From a virus (lineage: Duplodnaviria; Caudoviricetes): a stretch of 27,791 nucleotides of DNA. The DNA is taken from the IMG/VR virus record IMGVR_UViG_3300012942_000117, positions 1 to 27,791 of that record, one strand, 5' to 3'. Positions 17,740 through 25,400 of the stretch are shown here, piece by piece (the stretch's first letter is position 1; every line of letters starts with the position of its first letter). The notes beneath the pieces are model-generated. The model had not been told where the DNA came from. It did no database searches and saw only the letters and a list, made by a program, of their open reading frames with translations. The translations under genes and the position numbers were made by a program.

Positions 17740-19400
17740 TCCCGGCGCTGCTCGGCACGCGCCCGAAAATCAGCTTCCTGGCGTTCTACGCACTGTGGGC
17801 TGAGCGCATGCGTTGGGAGGTGCCGCCGCTGCACGTGCGGGCCTGCGTGTGGCTGCAGGAGGCCTGGCTGTCTGGCGACGACTTGCTACTGCTGATGCTG
17901 CCGCGCGGGCACGCCAAGTCGACCCTGCTCGAAATCTTCAATGCATGGATCTACTACTGCTGGCCGGTGCTGCGCATCCTGCACCAGTCAGAGAGCGACG
18001 GCACCGCGCTCAAGACCAGCCGCGGCACGCAGAACGTGCTGCGCCACCATCCGCTGACCATCGGCCTGCTGCCGGATACCCAGGGCACCGTCGAGCAATG
18101 GTGGGTGCGCGGCGCGTTCGAGCGCGACCCGCGTAACGCCAGCATGTACGCCAAGGGCATCCTCTCCAACGTCACCAGCTCGCGTGCCGACTTTGTCCAG
18201 AACGATGACATCGAGGTGCCCAAGAACATTGGCACACCCGAGGCCCGCGAGAAGCTGCGCTATCGGCTGGGCGAGCAGGTGCATATCGCCGTACCGGGCG
18301 CGCCGGCCCTCTACATCGGGACGCCACACACCCATGAATCCGTGTACGACGACGTCCGCAAAGCGGGAGCCCGCGCCATGATCGTACCCATGTTCGCCAA
18401 GGCCTATCGGATCGAGCAGGCCACCAAGCCCAGCTACGACGTAGGTTTCGCCCCTGAATACGTGTTCGTCGGCATCGGTCGCGGCGCACGCCTATTGCGT
18501 GAGGGCACCGACTACAGGGTGAGTGGCACCGAGCTGCAGCTCGCCCACCATGTCGGCGACCTGGTCGACTGCTACGCCGGTGCCGCGTGGCCCGAGCGGT
18601 TCACCCCGGCGGAAATGGAGAAGCGCCGCCGTAAGACCCGAACCATCAACGAATGGGACAGCCAGTATCAGCTGCAGTCCAAGCCGGTGGGCGATATCCG
18701 CCTCGACCCCGCCCGCATCACACCCTACGCCGTCGCTCCCGAGATACGCCGGGCGAACAATGCCGTGTCCATGTGGCTCGGCAGCGTGCAGATCGTGGGC
18801 GCCTCGTGTCGGTGGGACCCCTCCAGCGGCAAGCTGCGCAGCGATGCGTCGGTGCTGTCCGTGGTGCTGCAGGACGCCATCGGCCGGCGCTACCTGCACA
18901 AGCTCGTGCAGCTCATGGGCGAAGTGGCCGAGACCAGCGCCGACGGCAAGACCATCGTAGGCGGGCAGGTGTGGGTTATCTGCAACATCGTCGAGGAGCT
19001 CGGCCTGTCGCGCGTGGTGCTGGAGACCAACGGCATCGGCGGCTTCGCCCCGGCCGTGCTCAAGACCGCCCTGAAGCAGCGGCGCCTCCGGTGCGGGGTG
19101 AAGGAAGAGCACAGCGTCGAGAACAAGAACAAGCGCATCCTCGAAGCGTTCGAGCCCTTGCTGCTGACCAAGGGCCAGCTGTGGGCGCACGTGGACGTCC
19201 TGCGTGGGCCGCTGTGGGATCAGATGCGGGACTGGAATCCGGCCGTCCAGCAGCAGCCCGACGACTACCTGGATGCGAGCGCCGGGGCCATCACCGAGAC
19301 CCCCGAGCGCATCGGCAAGATAGTCGGGAACCCGACCCCCAGGGAATCCCATGATTGGCGCCAACACGCCGGCACGTTCGAGGTGGAGTTCGAGCGGTAG
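17736..19400 (+). CDS. terL: Terminase large subunit
   Basis: Walker A variant PRGHAKST, Walker B FVQNDDIE, IGTPH, nuclease motifs WDPSSG, ETNGIG, DDYLDA. Confidence 0.92.
   Translation: MIPALLGTRPKISFLAFYALWAERMRWEVPPLHVRACVWLQEAWLSGDDLLLLMLPRGHAKSTLLEIFNAWIYYCWPVLRILHQSESDGTALKTSRGTQNVLRHHPLTIGLLPDTQGTVEQWWVRGAFERDPRNASMYAKGILSNVTSSRADFVQNDDIEVPKNIGTPEAREKLRYRLGEQVHIAVPGAPALYIGTPHTHESVYDDVRKAGARAMIVPMFAKAYRIEQATKPSYDVGFAPEYVFVGIGRGARLLREGTDYRVSGTELQLAHHVGDLVDCYAGAAWPERFTPAEMEKRRRKTRTINEWDSQYQLQSKPVGDIRLDPARITPYAVAPEIRRANNAVSMWLGSVQIVGASCRWDPSSGKLRSDASVLSVVLQDAIGRRYLHKLVQLMGEVAETSADGKTIVGGQVWVICNIVEELGLSRVVLETNGIGGFAPAVLKTALKQRRLRCGVKEEHSVENKNKRILEAFEPLLLTKGQLWAHVDVLRGPLWDQMRDWNPAVQQQPDDYLDASAGAITETPERIGKIVGNPTPRESHDWRQHAGTFEVEFER
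19320..19355 (+). promoter_or_regulatory. Late-promoter box 3 (ATAGTCGGGAACCCG, 15 nt, CATGAT)
   Basis: Inside the terL 3' end, upstream of the lysis cassette; perfect GTCGGG-AA-CCCGAC inverted repeat. Confidence 0.7.
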
Positions 19401-19428
19401 CCATTTTCGCATGAGGGCTGCCAGATCG

Positions 19429-19686
19429 ATGACCGAAGAATCCTCCATTGAGCGGCTGATCGGTTCGATCGACGCAAGGACCGCCATGCTCGAGCGACGT
19501 GTGGCAACACTTGAAACCGACATCAAGAACGAGTTGCGCCTGATGAACGATCGGGTGAGCGCCGTGCACGAGACGATCACAGCCGCACGAGGTGGCTGGA
19601 GAGCCGTTGCATGGTTGTCTGGCGTTGCGGCAACACTTGGCGGCGCTGCCTCTTGGGCGATCCATCTACTGGCGCACGGGCCATGA
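19429..19686 (+). CDS. Coiled-coil plus C-terminal TM lysis-cassette protein (holin/antiholin-like)
   Basis: Heptad N-terminus, hydrophobic C-terminus GGWRAVAWLSGVAATLGGAASWAI; first gene after box 3. Confidence 0.7.
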   Translation: MTEESSIERLIGSIDARTAMLERRVATLETDIKNELRLMNDRVSAVHETITAARGGWRAVAWLSGVAATLGGAASWAIHLLAHGP

Positions 19687-19940
19687 AGATGGTCGACAAC
19701 TGGAAGCAGGCTTGGAGATGGGGCAGCGTGCAGATCGCCGGCTCCGGCGCCATCCTGGGTGCACTCGGCGCGGGGCTTGCTGCAAGCACATCGGCGGCAT
19801 CCCTGGCGAAGGTCTTCCCACCGTGGGCCGTGTGGGCCGGTGGTGCGCTGATCTGCGCATGCACGGTCGCCGGCAGACTGCTGGTGCACACGCCCGGCGC
19901 CCGCAAGGTCGGCCACGTCAACCTCGACACGGACACCTGA
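19683..19940 (+). CDS. Putative holin (2 TM)
   Basis: MKMVDNWKQAWRWGSVQ start, two hydrophobic segments, directly before the endolysin. Confidence 0.72.
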   Translation: MKMVDNWKQAWRWGSVQIAGSGAILGALGAGLAASTSAASLAKVFPPWAVWAGGALICACTVAGRLLVHTPGARKVGHVNLDTDT

Positions 19941-19944
19941 GCCC

Positions 19945-20412
19945 ATGGCCCGCGCCAAGGTTGCCGGCTACGTCGCTGCTGCAGCCATCGCCGCGGCCGC
20001 GGTCATCGGCGCGCACTACGAGGGCAAGTCCAACGACGCTTATGCCGACGTAGGTGGCATCCCCACGATCTGCTACGGCCACACCAGCGGGGTCAGTGCC
20101 GGCGACCGCGCCACGGATGCGCAGTGCGAGGCGTGGCTGAAGCAGGACATGGGTGAGGCACTGGATGCGGTAAACCGGTGCATCCCCGGCCTGCCATTCG
20201 GTCCTCTGGTCGCGTTCACCGACGCGGGCTACAACGCCGGCCCGAACATCGTTTGCGGCTCCACGCTGCAGCGCAAGGCTTTGGCCGGCGACCTGGTGGG
20301 TGCATGCAACGAGCTGCCGAGGTGGGTCTACGCCGGCGACAAGATACAGCCCGGCCTGGTGAAGCGCCGTGCCACCGAACAGGCCATCTGTCTTGGGGAG
20401 CCCGTGCCGTGA
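19945..20412 (+). CDS. SAR endolysin, GH24 lysozyme
   Basis: Ala-rich N-terminal SAR segment; E-x8-D-x5-T triad (EGKSNDAYADVGGIPT), YN.G, GLVKRR..E. Confidence 0.92.
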   Translation: MARAKVAGYVAAAAIAAAAVIGAHYEGKSNDAYADVGGIPTICYGHTSGVSAGDRATDAQCEAWLKQDMGEALDAVNRCIPGLPFGPLVAFTDAGYNAGPNIVCGSTLQRKALAGDLVGACNELPRWVYAGDKIQPGLVKRRATEQAICLGEPVP

Positions 20413-20495
20413 TGCGCACGCTGCTGATGGACATCGCCATCGTCGCCGCGTGGCTGCTGGCCGCGTGGCTGCTGTGGGGGACGCGACGGTCATGA
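20412..20495 (+). CDS. 27-aa single-TM microprotein
   Basis: TGATG coupling to the endolysin; MRTLLMDIAIVAAWLLAAWLLWGTRRS. Confidence 0.5.
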   Translation: MRTLLMDIAIVAAWLLAAWLLWGTRRS

Positions 20496-20611
20496 GGCAC
20501 GACGACCTGGACGCCGCCCGCGGCATCGTCTATGCGGTTCTGGGGTCACTCGTGCTTTGGCTGATCCTGGCCGGGGTCATCGCCTTCATCTGGCACGCGA
20601 CATGCCACTGA
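20492..20611 (+). CDS. 39-aa single-TM microprotein
   Basis: ATGA coupling; MRHDDLDAARGIVYAVLGSLVLWLILAGVIAFIWHATCH. Confidence 0.55.
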   Translation: MRHDDLDAARGIVYAVLGSLVLWLILAGVIAFIWHATCH

Positions 20612-20973
20612 AAGACTGGCTGATCCTGGCCCTGATAGCCGCCATGCTTGCCGGCGGCATCTACCTCCGCCGCCAATGGGTCGCCGAGGGCGCGGACAGG
20701 CAGGCCCAGATCGATCGCCAGGCCGCACAGGAAGCCGCCGACGCGTGGGCCGCTAGGGTGGCCAAGGCCGAGGACGCGGCGTCCACCACAGTCCGCGCTG
20801 GGGCCGTCACGGTCGCACAAACGACCGCATCCACCGAGACGGCTGTGCGCACCATCACGAGGATCGTCCATGACTCGCCTGCCCCTGCTGCTTGCGTGTT
20901 GCCTGCTGACAGCCTGCGCCACCTCCAGGATCAAGTCGACGCCGCCAACGCCGCCGCGAGTCGCCTGCGCTGA
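20602..20973 (+). CDS. Inner-membrane spanin (Rz-like)
   Basis: N-terminal TM, Ala-rich coiled coil, late Cys (CVLP). Confidence 0.8.
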   Translation: MPLKDWLILALIAAMLAGGIYLRRQWVAEGADRQAQIDRQAAQEAADAWAARVAKAEDAASTTVRAGAVTVAQTTASTETAVRTITRIVHDSPAPAACVLPADSLRHLQDQVDAANAAASRLR

Positions 20974-21133
20974 GCACGCACCGGCAGGCAAGATGCCGCC
21001 GGTGCCCCCTGGCTTCGATGCGCTGCAGGTGTGGGTCGCCGTGGCGATCGGGGTATTTCACGCCGAGGTCGACAAGCGCGTGACCACGGCCGCGTGCCTA
21101 GACGCCATGCGCAAGACCGGCGTCATCCGCTGA
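20870..21133 (+). CDS. Outer-membrane spanin lipoprotein (Rz1-like), overlapping the i-spanin
   Basis: GAGGA RBS, signal peptide with lipobox LTAC, Pro-rich, extra Cys residues. Confidence 0.82.
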   Translation: MTRLPLLLACCLLTACATSRIKSTPPTPPRVACAEHAPAGKMPPVPPGFDALQVWVAVAIGVFHAEVDKRVTTAACLDAMRKTGVIR

Positions 21134-21134
21134 C

Positions 21135-21419
21135 ATGCCAGCAACCCTGCAACCCATTGTCATCGTCGGTGGTCAGGCGTGTACCTGGATCGCGCGCAGC
21201 GGTCCGGACCACGCGAAGTACGGCGATCCGTACGCGATCGCGTGTGTCGTCGTTCGGGTGAGCGACACCACAGCCAGGGTCGAGGCACTGACCGCTGGCG
21301 GCAACTCCGCGCGCGCCCTGCTGGCCCTGCGCGAGGTGCTGCGTGGCGTCGGGTTCTCGGCGGTGGAGTGGGAGCGACGCGAGGCAGGGACGTGCCGGGC
21401 AGTGCGCGTATCACTCTAG
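21135..21419 (+). CDS. Hypothetical protein (94 aa)
   Basis: ORF directly after the o-spanin with plausible alpha/beta patterning. Confidence 0.6.
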   Translation: MPATLQPIVIVGGQACTWIARSGPDHAKYGDPYAIACVVVRVSDTTARVEALTAGGNSARALLALREVLRGVGFSAVEWERREAGTCRAVRVSL

Positions 21420-21544
21420 GCCGACGACCGGTTCAGGTGGCGCCTACAGCATCGTTTTGTTGACGCCACCAAAATGATCCCGCCCCGCGAGTCCTGACCC
21501 GAACCGGCTACCAGCCTGGCAGCACTGACGACCGGGGCGCCCAA

Positions 21545-21579
21545 ATAGTCGGGAATCCGCCGGCATCCCTGCCCATCAT
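21545..21579 (+). promoter_or_regulatory. Late-promoter box 4 (ATAGTCGGGAATCCG, 14 nt, CATCAT)
   Basis: Intergenic, upstream of the fibre module. Confidence 0.75.
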
Positions 21580-21607
21580 CGGCGTGAGCTGAAGATGGAG
21601 CAGGCCT

Positions 21608-22282
21608 ATGCGTCGACCGCGTTACCCGACTGTCGTGAAGCCGCCGACCGACGCGGAGCTTCGCGATGCGGTGATTAAGGCGAATGCGGCTTTGACCGAC
21701 GCGCCGAGCGACGACAAGGTTTACAACCGCAAGAATGGTGCATGGGTCGAGGATACGGGCGGCGGCGGCGGGGACAGCTATCCCGAAGGCACGGCGTTTC
21801 CGACCGACCCTGCACCATCGACAAACGACAAGTTCTACCGGACGGACCTCGGCCTGCTGTGTTACTTCGATGGCGCCCGCTGGCTGACGGTCCAGGAATA
21901 TACGGAAGCCCCGGGCGTTGGGCCTCTCACCGATCAAACCGGCGCCATTGGCGCGTTGTCGTACTTTCGATTTGCTGCGGACCAGGAACACGACATTCTG
22001 GTGACAGGGTTTCGGTCCTCCATATTTTCGAATGTCCTTCAGAACTCCACCAACTATTGGTCCGTCGTTTTGCAATATGCGGGCTCGAACAATTCACAAA
22101 CCCTCATGGGCAGCTTCAACACCCAGGGCATGAGTGCCGGAACGATTGGATACCGATCCCTTTCGCCAGGGATCGTGGTCCCCAAGACCGCCGTCCAAAT
22201 TCGTACCGAGTGGACGCCACATGGCTCTCCTGGATATATAAATCCGACGCACAGGTTGATCTACCGACTGATCGTGACCTGA
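21608..22282 (+). CDS. Putative fibre/receptor-binding virion protein with foldon-like motif
   Basis: GGAG RBS; DAPSDDKVYNRKNGAWV resembles the T4 fibritin foldon; FYRTDLG...YFDG..W; lower-GC C-terminal domain. Confidence 0.65.
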   Translation: MRRPRYPTVVKPPTDAELRDAVIKANAALTDAPSDDKVYNRKNGAWVEDTGGGGGDSYPEGTAFPTDPAPSTNDKFYRTDLGLLCYFDGARWLTVQEYTEAPGVGPLTDQTGAIGALSYFRFAADQEHDILVTGFRSSIFSNVLQNSTNYWSVVLQYAGSNNSQTLMGSFNTQGMSAGTIGYRSLSPGIVVPKTAVQIRTEWTPHGSPGYINPTHRLIYRLIVT

Positions 22283-22302
22283 CCGCTCAAAAGGCCAACA
22301 CA

Positions 22303-23793
22303 ATGACCGTATCCACCAATCAGCCGATTAACTCATCCATCGCCAACGGCATTACTGCCGTGTTCCCCTACGGGTTCAAGATTAACCACGCGGGCGATCT
22401 GCTGGTGACCGTGAACGGCGTGGTGCGCACCCTCGACACGCATTACACCGTGACCGGCGTGGGCGTGGATGACGGCGTGCACGTCGGCGGGAATATCACC
22501 TTCCAGCCGGGATTCCTGCCTCCCTCTGGGGCGATCGTGACGCGGCGCCGGGCGATGGCGTTCCAGCGCTCGACCGACTACCAGAACCTGGGCGACCTGC
22601 TGGCCAGCACGCTGAACGCCGACCAGGACGACCCGGTGATGATGATTCAGCAGCTCGCCGCGACGGCACTGCAGCTGATCCAAAACGGCGCCGGCGAGTT
22701 CGTGTGGGACGCCCAAGGCAACCGCATCATCAACGTCGCCAACGGTGTCGATCCGAGCGATGCGGTGAACCTGAGCCAGCTTGCTGCGGCCATCGACCCC
22801 AGCGGCTCGGGCGTCGGCGTGGCGCCGAAGAAGTGGGACTTCGTCGGCGACGGCACCACCACCGATTTCCCGATCACTGGCGCCACGGTGTTCGATCCGC
22901 TGTTCTTCGACGCGGCCAAGGCTGGGGCGGTGATCGAACCTGGAGTCGACTACACGATCATTGGCGGCGACAACCCGATGTTCCGGTTCACGACGGCGCC
23001 GGGCGACGGCGTGACCGGCTTCGCGGTGCTGCGCGGCTACGCCAAGGCCGCCAGCGGCGACATGCCGATCACCACCACCGCCAGCACCGTGATCAGCACC
23101 GACGGCAGCAGCATCGTCACGGTCGACGGCACGTTCCAGAACAATCTGCTGCTGATCACCTCCAACACCGACATCACGCTGCGGATCAAGAAGACCACCG
23201 GCAGCGCCGGCGACTGGAAGTCCGGCGAATACTTCAGCGTGATGCAGGTGGGCACCGGCCAGGTCACGCTGGCGATCGAGGACGGCACCGGCACGCTCAC
23301 CCCGTCGCCGGGTTTCCTGGCCAAGACGCGCGGGCAGGGCAGCATCATTTCGGCAAGCTGCATGTACGCCGACGCCGATGCCTGGGCCATCTCCGGCGAC
23401 CTGCTGCGCGCCACCGCCACGCCGGACAAGCAGTGCTTCCGTTTGCCGTGCAGCGACCAGGCGACCACCGACATCGCCGCGGCCACCAACGTGCACCGCA
23501 TGCGCATGCCCTACAGCATGCTGCTGAGCGAAGTCCGCGCCACGCTCAACGTTGCCCAGTCCTCCGGCACGGTGCTCACGGTCGACGTCAAGCAGAACGG
23601 CACGTCGATCTTCACCACCACACTCACCATTGACAACAACGAGAACACCAGCACGACCGCGGCCACGCCCTACGTCCTGGTCAACCCCAACACCTTTCTC
23701 GACGATGGCGACCTCGTCTCCGTGGACGTGACACAGGTTGGATCCAGTGGCGCGCGCGGCCTGGAAGTGCAGCTGATCGGGTCGCGCGTCTGA
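22303..23793 (+). CDS. Tail fibre protein (T7 gp17-like N-terminal anchor)
   Basis: ANG.T.VFPY.FKI....DL.V, HYTVTG, R.TDYQ..G; trimeric neck motif RIINVANGVDPSDAVNLSQL; true start ATG 22303. Confidence 0.85.
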   Translation: MTVSTNQPINSSIANGITAVFPYGFKINHAGDLLVTVNGVVRTLDTHYTVTGVGVDDGVHVGGNITFQPGFLPPSGAIVTRRRAMAFQRSTDYQNLGDLLASTLNADQDDPVMMIQQLAATALQLIQNGAGEFVWDAQGNRIINVANGVDPSDAVNLSQLAAAIDPSGSGVGVAPKKWDFVGDGTTTDFPITGATVFDPLFFDAAKAGAVIEPGVDYTIIGGDNPMFRFTTAPGDGVTGFAVLRGYAKAASGDMPITTTASTVISTDGSSIVTVDGTFQNNLLLITSNTDITLRIKKTTGSAGDWKSGEYFSVMQVGTGQVTLAIEDGTGTLTPSPGFLAKTRGQGSIISASCMYADADAWAISGDLLRATATPDKQCFRLPCSDQATTDIAAATNVHRMRMPYSMLLSEVRATLNVAQSSGTVLTVDVKQNGTSIFTTTLTIDNNENTSTTAATPYVLVNPNTFLDDGDLVSVDVTQVGSSGARGLEVQLIGSRV

Positions 23794-25085
23794 TGGGTGC
23801 CAACCACGTCCTCTACGACCGCCCGGACCTCGACCAGGCCGTCGGGGCGCTGGCGCTCTACGTGGACGGCTCGCTGCCGTCCGGCGTCCCAGGATCGGCA
23901 TACGAAGGGCGGCTGCAAATTCACAACGCTATCGGCAACTGCAGCGTTCGACTGATCTCCGGCACGCCGCCGCCTGGCTACAACCTGGCGGTGGACAATG
24001 CAACCCATGAGGTAGTGCTGACCTGGCCGTACTACCAAGCCAATGACGTCACCGTCAGCAATGATTTCAGTGCCTGGAACGGCTGGGAGCCGGCGTACGC
24101 GTTCGCGCTCGATGCTGGTGCGGCACGCTACGACGGACAGGGCGAAGCTGGCATCTACAGTCCGTATATGCCGGTCACTCCAGGCACACCGACCACGCTT
24201 TCGATCCAGGCCAAGTGCGGTTCGTCCGGACACGAACATGTGGGCTTTCGGTCGGTGATCGCGTGGTACGACGTCGACAAGAACTTCATGCTGATCCCCG
24301 GCGTGCAAAACCACGCGGCCGAGGTGTTCACGGCAGGACCGATCATCTTCAGCCCAAGCCAGTCTCTCGTTGCCTCGGCCGTGAGCGCTACCGTGCCGGA
24401 AGGGGCAGCGTTCGCACGGGCCTACGCCAGCTGCACGCGGAACCGCGAGAACAAGCCCATGTGGGTCGACAATGCTTCGTGGACGCTGAAGGCCCCAGCA
24501 GTCGGCATCAACGCGAACGCCACAATTTGCATCCGCGTGCGCGTGAAGGATTCGGCCGGCCGGGAGGCCGATTGGTATGGGTGTATTTCGGTCGATGGAC
24601 TTGGCGCCCAGTTCAGCGCCTGGCGATACAAGCAAGTAGCCAGAGATGATGCTGGCGACTATTCCGCGGCTGATTTCGACGATTCGGACTGGGCTACGGG
24701 CCCCGCGCCATTCGGTGGATCAAACGAGGGGCTGACAGGTTGGCCAGATGCGCACAGCTATGACCCGAGATTCTCGCCGGAATTTGCGACAGCGTGGGAG
24801 GTGTTTACTCGCCTATGGCTGCGGCGGACGTTGACGCTCTCTTCCGTGCCCGAAGGAGGCTATTCGTTCGTCGGCTACATCGACGACAATTTCCACCTTT
24901 ACGTGAACGGCGAGCTCGTGCTGTCGACGCCAGGCGATATTGAGGGTGGCGGCTACACCGACACCATACCTGCTAGCGCATTCCAGGTCGGGGAAAATAG
25001 CATCGCTGTTCGGTGCGATGACGAAGCACCAGGATCCACCAGCATCACCTACGCTGACTTCCTGCTCGATCCGGTGCTGGAATAG
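23793..25085 (+). CDS. Tail-associated protein with Ig-like and carbohydrate-binding jelly-roll domains
   Basis: TGATG coupling; FDDSDW..GPAPFG, WLRR, DD...LYVNG, GEN.IAV typical of galactose-binding-like domains. Confidence 0.7.
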   Translation: MGANHVLYDRPDLDQAVGALALYVDGSLPSGVPGSAYEGRLQIHNAIGNCSVRLISGTPPPGYNLAVDNATHEVVLTWPYYQANDVTVSNDFSAWNGWEPAYAFALDAGAARYDGQGEAGIYSPYMPVTPGTPTTLSIQAKCGSSGHEHVGFRSVIAWYDVDKNFMLIPGVQNHAAEVFTAGPIIFSPSQSLVASAVSATVPEGAAFARAYASCTRNRENKPMWVDNASWTLKAPAVGINANATICIRVRVKDSAGREADWYGCISVDGLGAQFSAWRYKQVARDDAGDYSAADFDDSDWATGPAPFGGSNEGLTGWPDAHSYDPRFSPEFATAWEVFTRLWLRRTLTLSSVPEGGYSFVGYIDDNFHLYVNGELVLSTPGDIEGGGYTDTIPASAFQVGENSIAVRCDDEAPGSTSITYADFLLDPVLE

Positions 25086-25161
25086 CACCGCTCACGCCGT
25101 CACGGCGGGGCTGGCGTAGAGCGCGGTGATGTGAGTAAGAGTGTGAGTACGATGGCCCAGG

Positions 25162-25177
25162 TGTTCCACGTGAAACC
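25162..25177. promoter_or_regulatory. parS-like site TGTTCCACGTGAAACC
   Basis: 15/16 match to the chromosomal parS consensus TGTTNCACGTGAAACA. Confidence 0.65.
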
Positions 25178-25205
25178 GCATAGTAGAGCGGTCCTCTGGG
25201 CGTTA

Positions 25206-25228
25206 TTCGACTCCTATTCCCGGCACCA
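25206..25228 (+). other. att core: 3' end of a tRNA (tRNA-Thr-like)
   Basis: TTCGACT-CCTAT-TCCCGGC-A-CCA gives T-loop, T-stem, acceptor strand and CCA; closely resembles the thrW-type 3' end; 5' half absent. Confidence 0.82.
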
Positions 25229-25272
25229 TTTGCAAGTCTGTCGGGGTCTGCCGGCATCGTCGGAACCCTATG

Positions 25273-25298
25273 AAACCCCGCCACTGCGCGGGGTTTTT
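25273..25298 (+). terminator. Terminator downstream of the att core
   Basis: Stem AAACCCCGC/GCGGGGTTT, T run; would terminate the restored tRNA after integration. Confidence 0.75.
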
Positions 25299-25400
25299 GT
25301 TGTCCGGTGTCTTTGGTTGTCGCTGGGCATCGTCTCAATCCGTGAGTAAGATCGTGAGTACAGTGGCCGCATCATCGGCCTGGCAGGGAACCTTACTCAC

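Larger units (their letters stand above)
25131..25400. other. attP: core plus five integrase arm-type sites
   Basis: GTGAGTAAG-NNN-GTGAGTAC pairs at 25131-25150 and 25342-25361; inverted copy CTTACTCAC at 25392-25400; core between them. Confidence 0.85.

Noticed and set aside
21742-22302. N-terminal extension of the tail fibre ORF (683 aa in the track)
   Set aside because: Overlaps the 21608-22282 gene; fibre homology begins at ATG 22303
21608-25085. Diversity-generating retroelement as in BPP-1
   Set aside because: No reverse transcriptase and no TR/VR repeat pair seen in the window
25190-25228. Complete tRNA gene
   Set aside because: Only the T-loop to CCA is present; upstream bases do not form the T-stem or the 5' half
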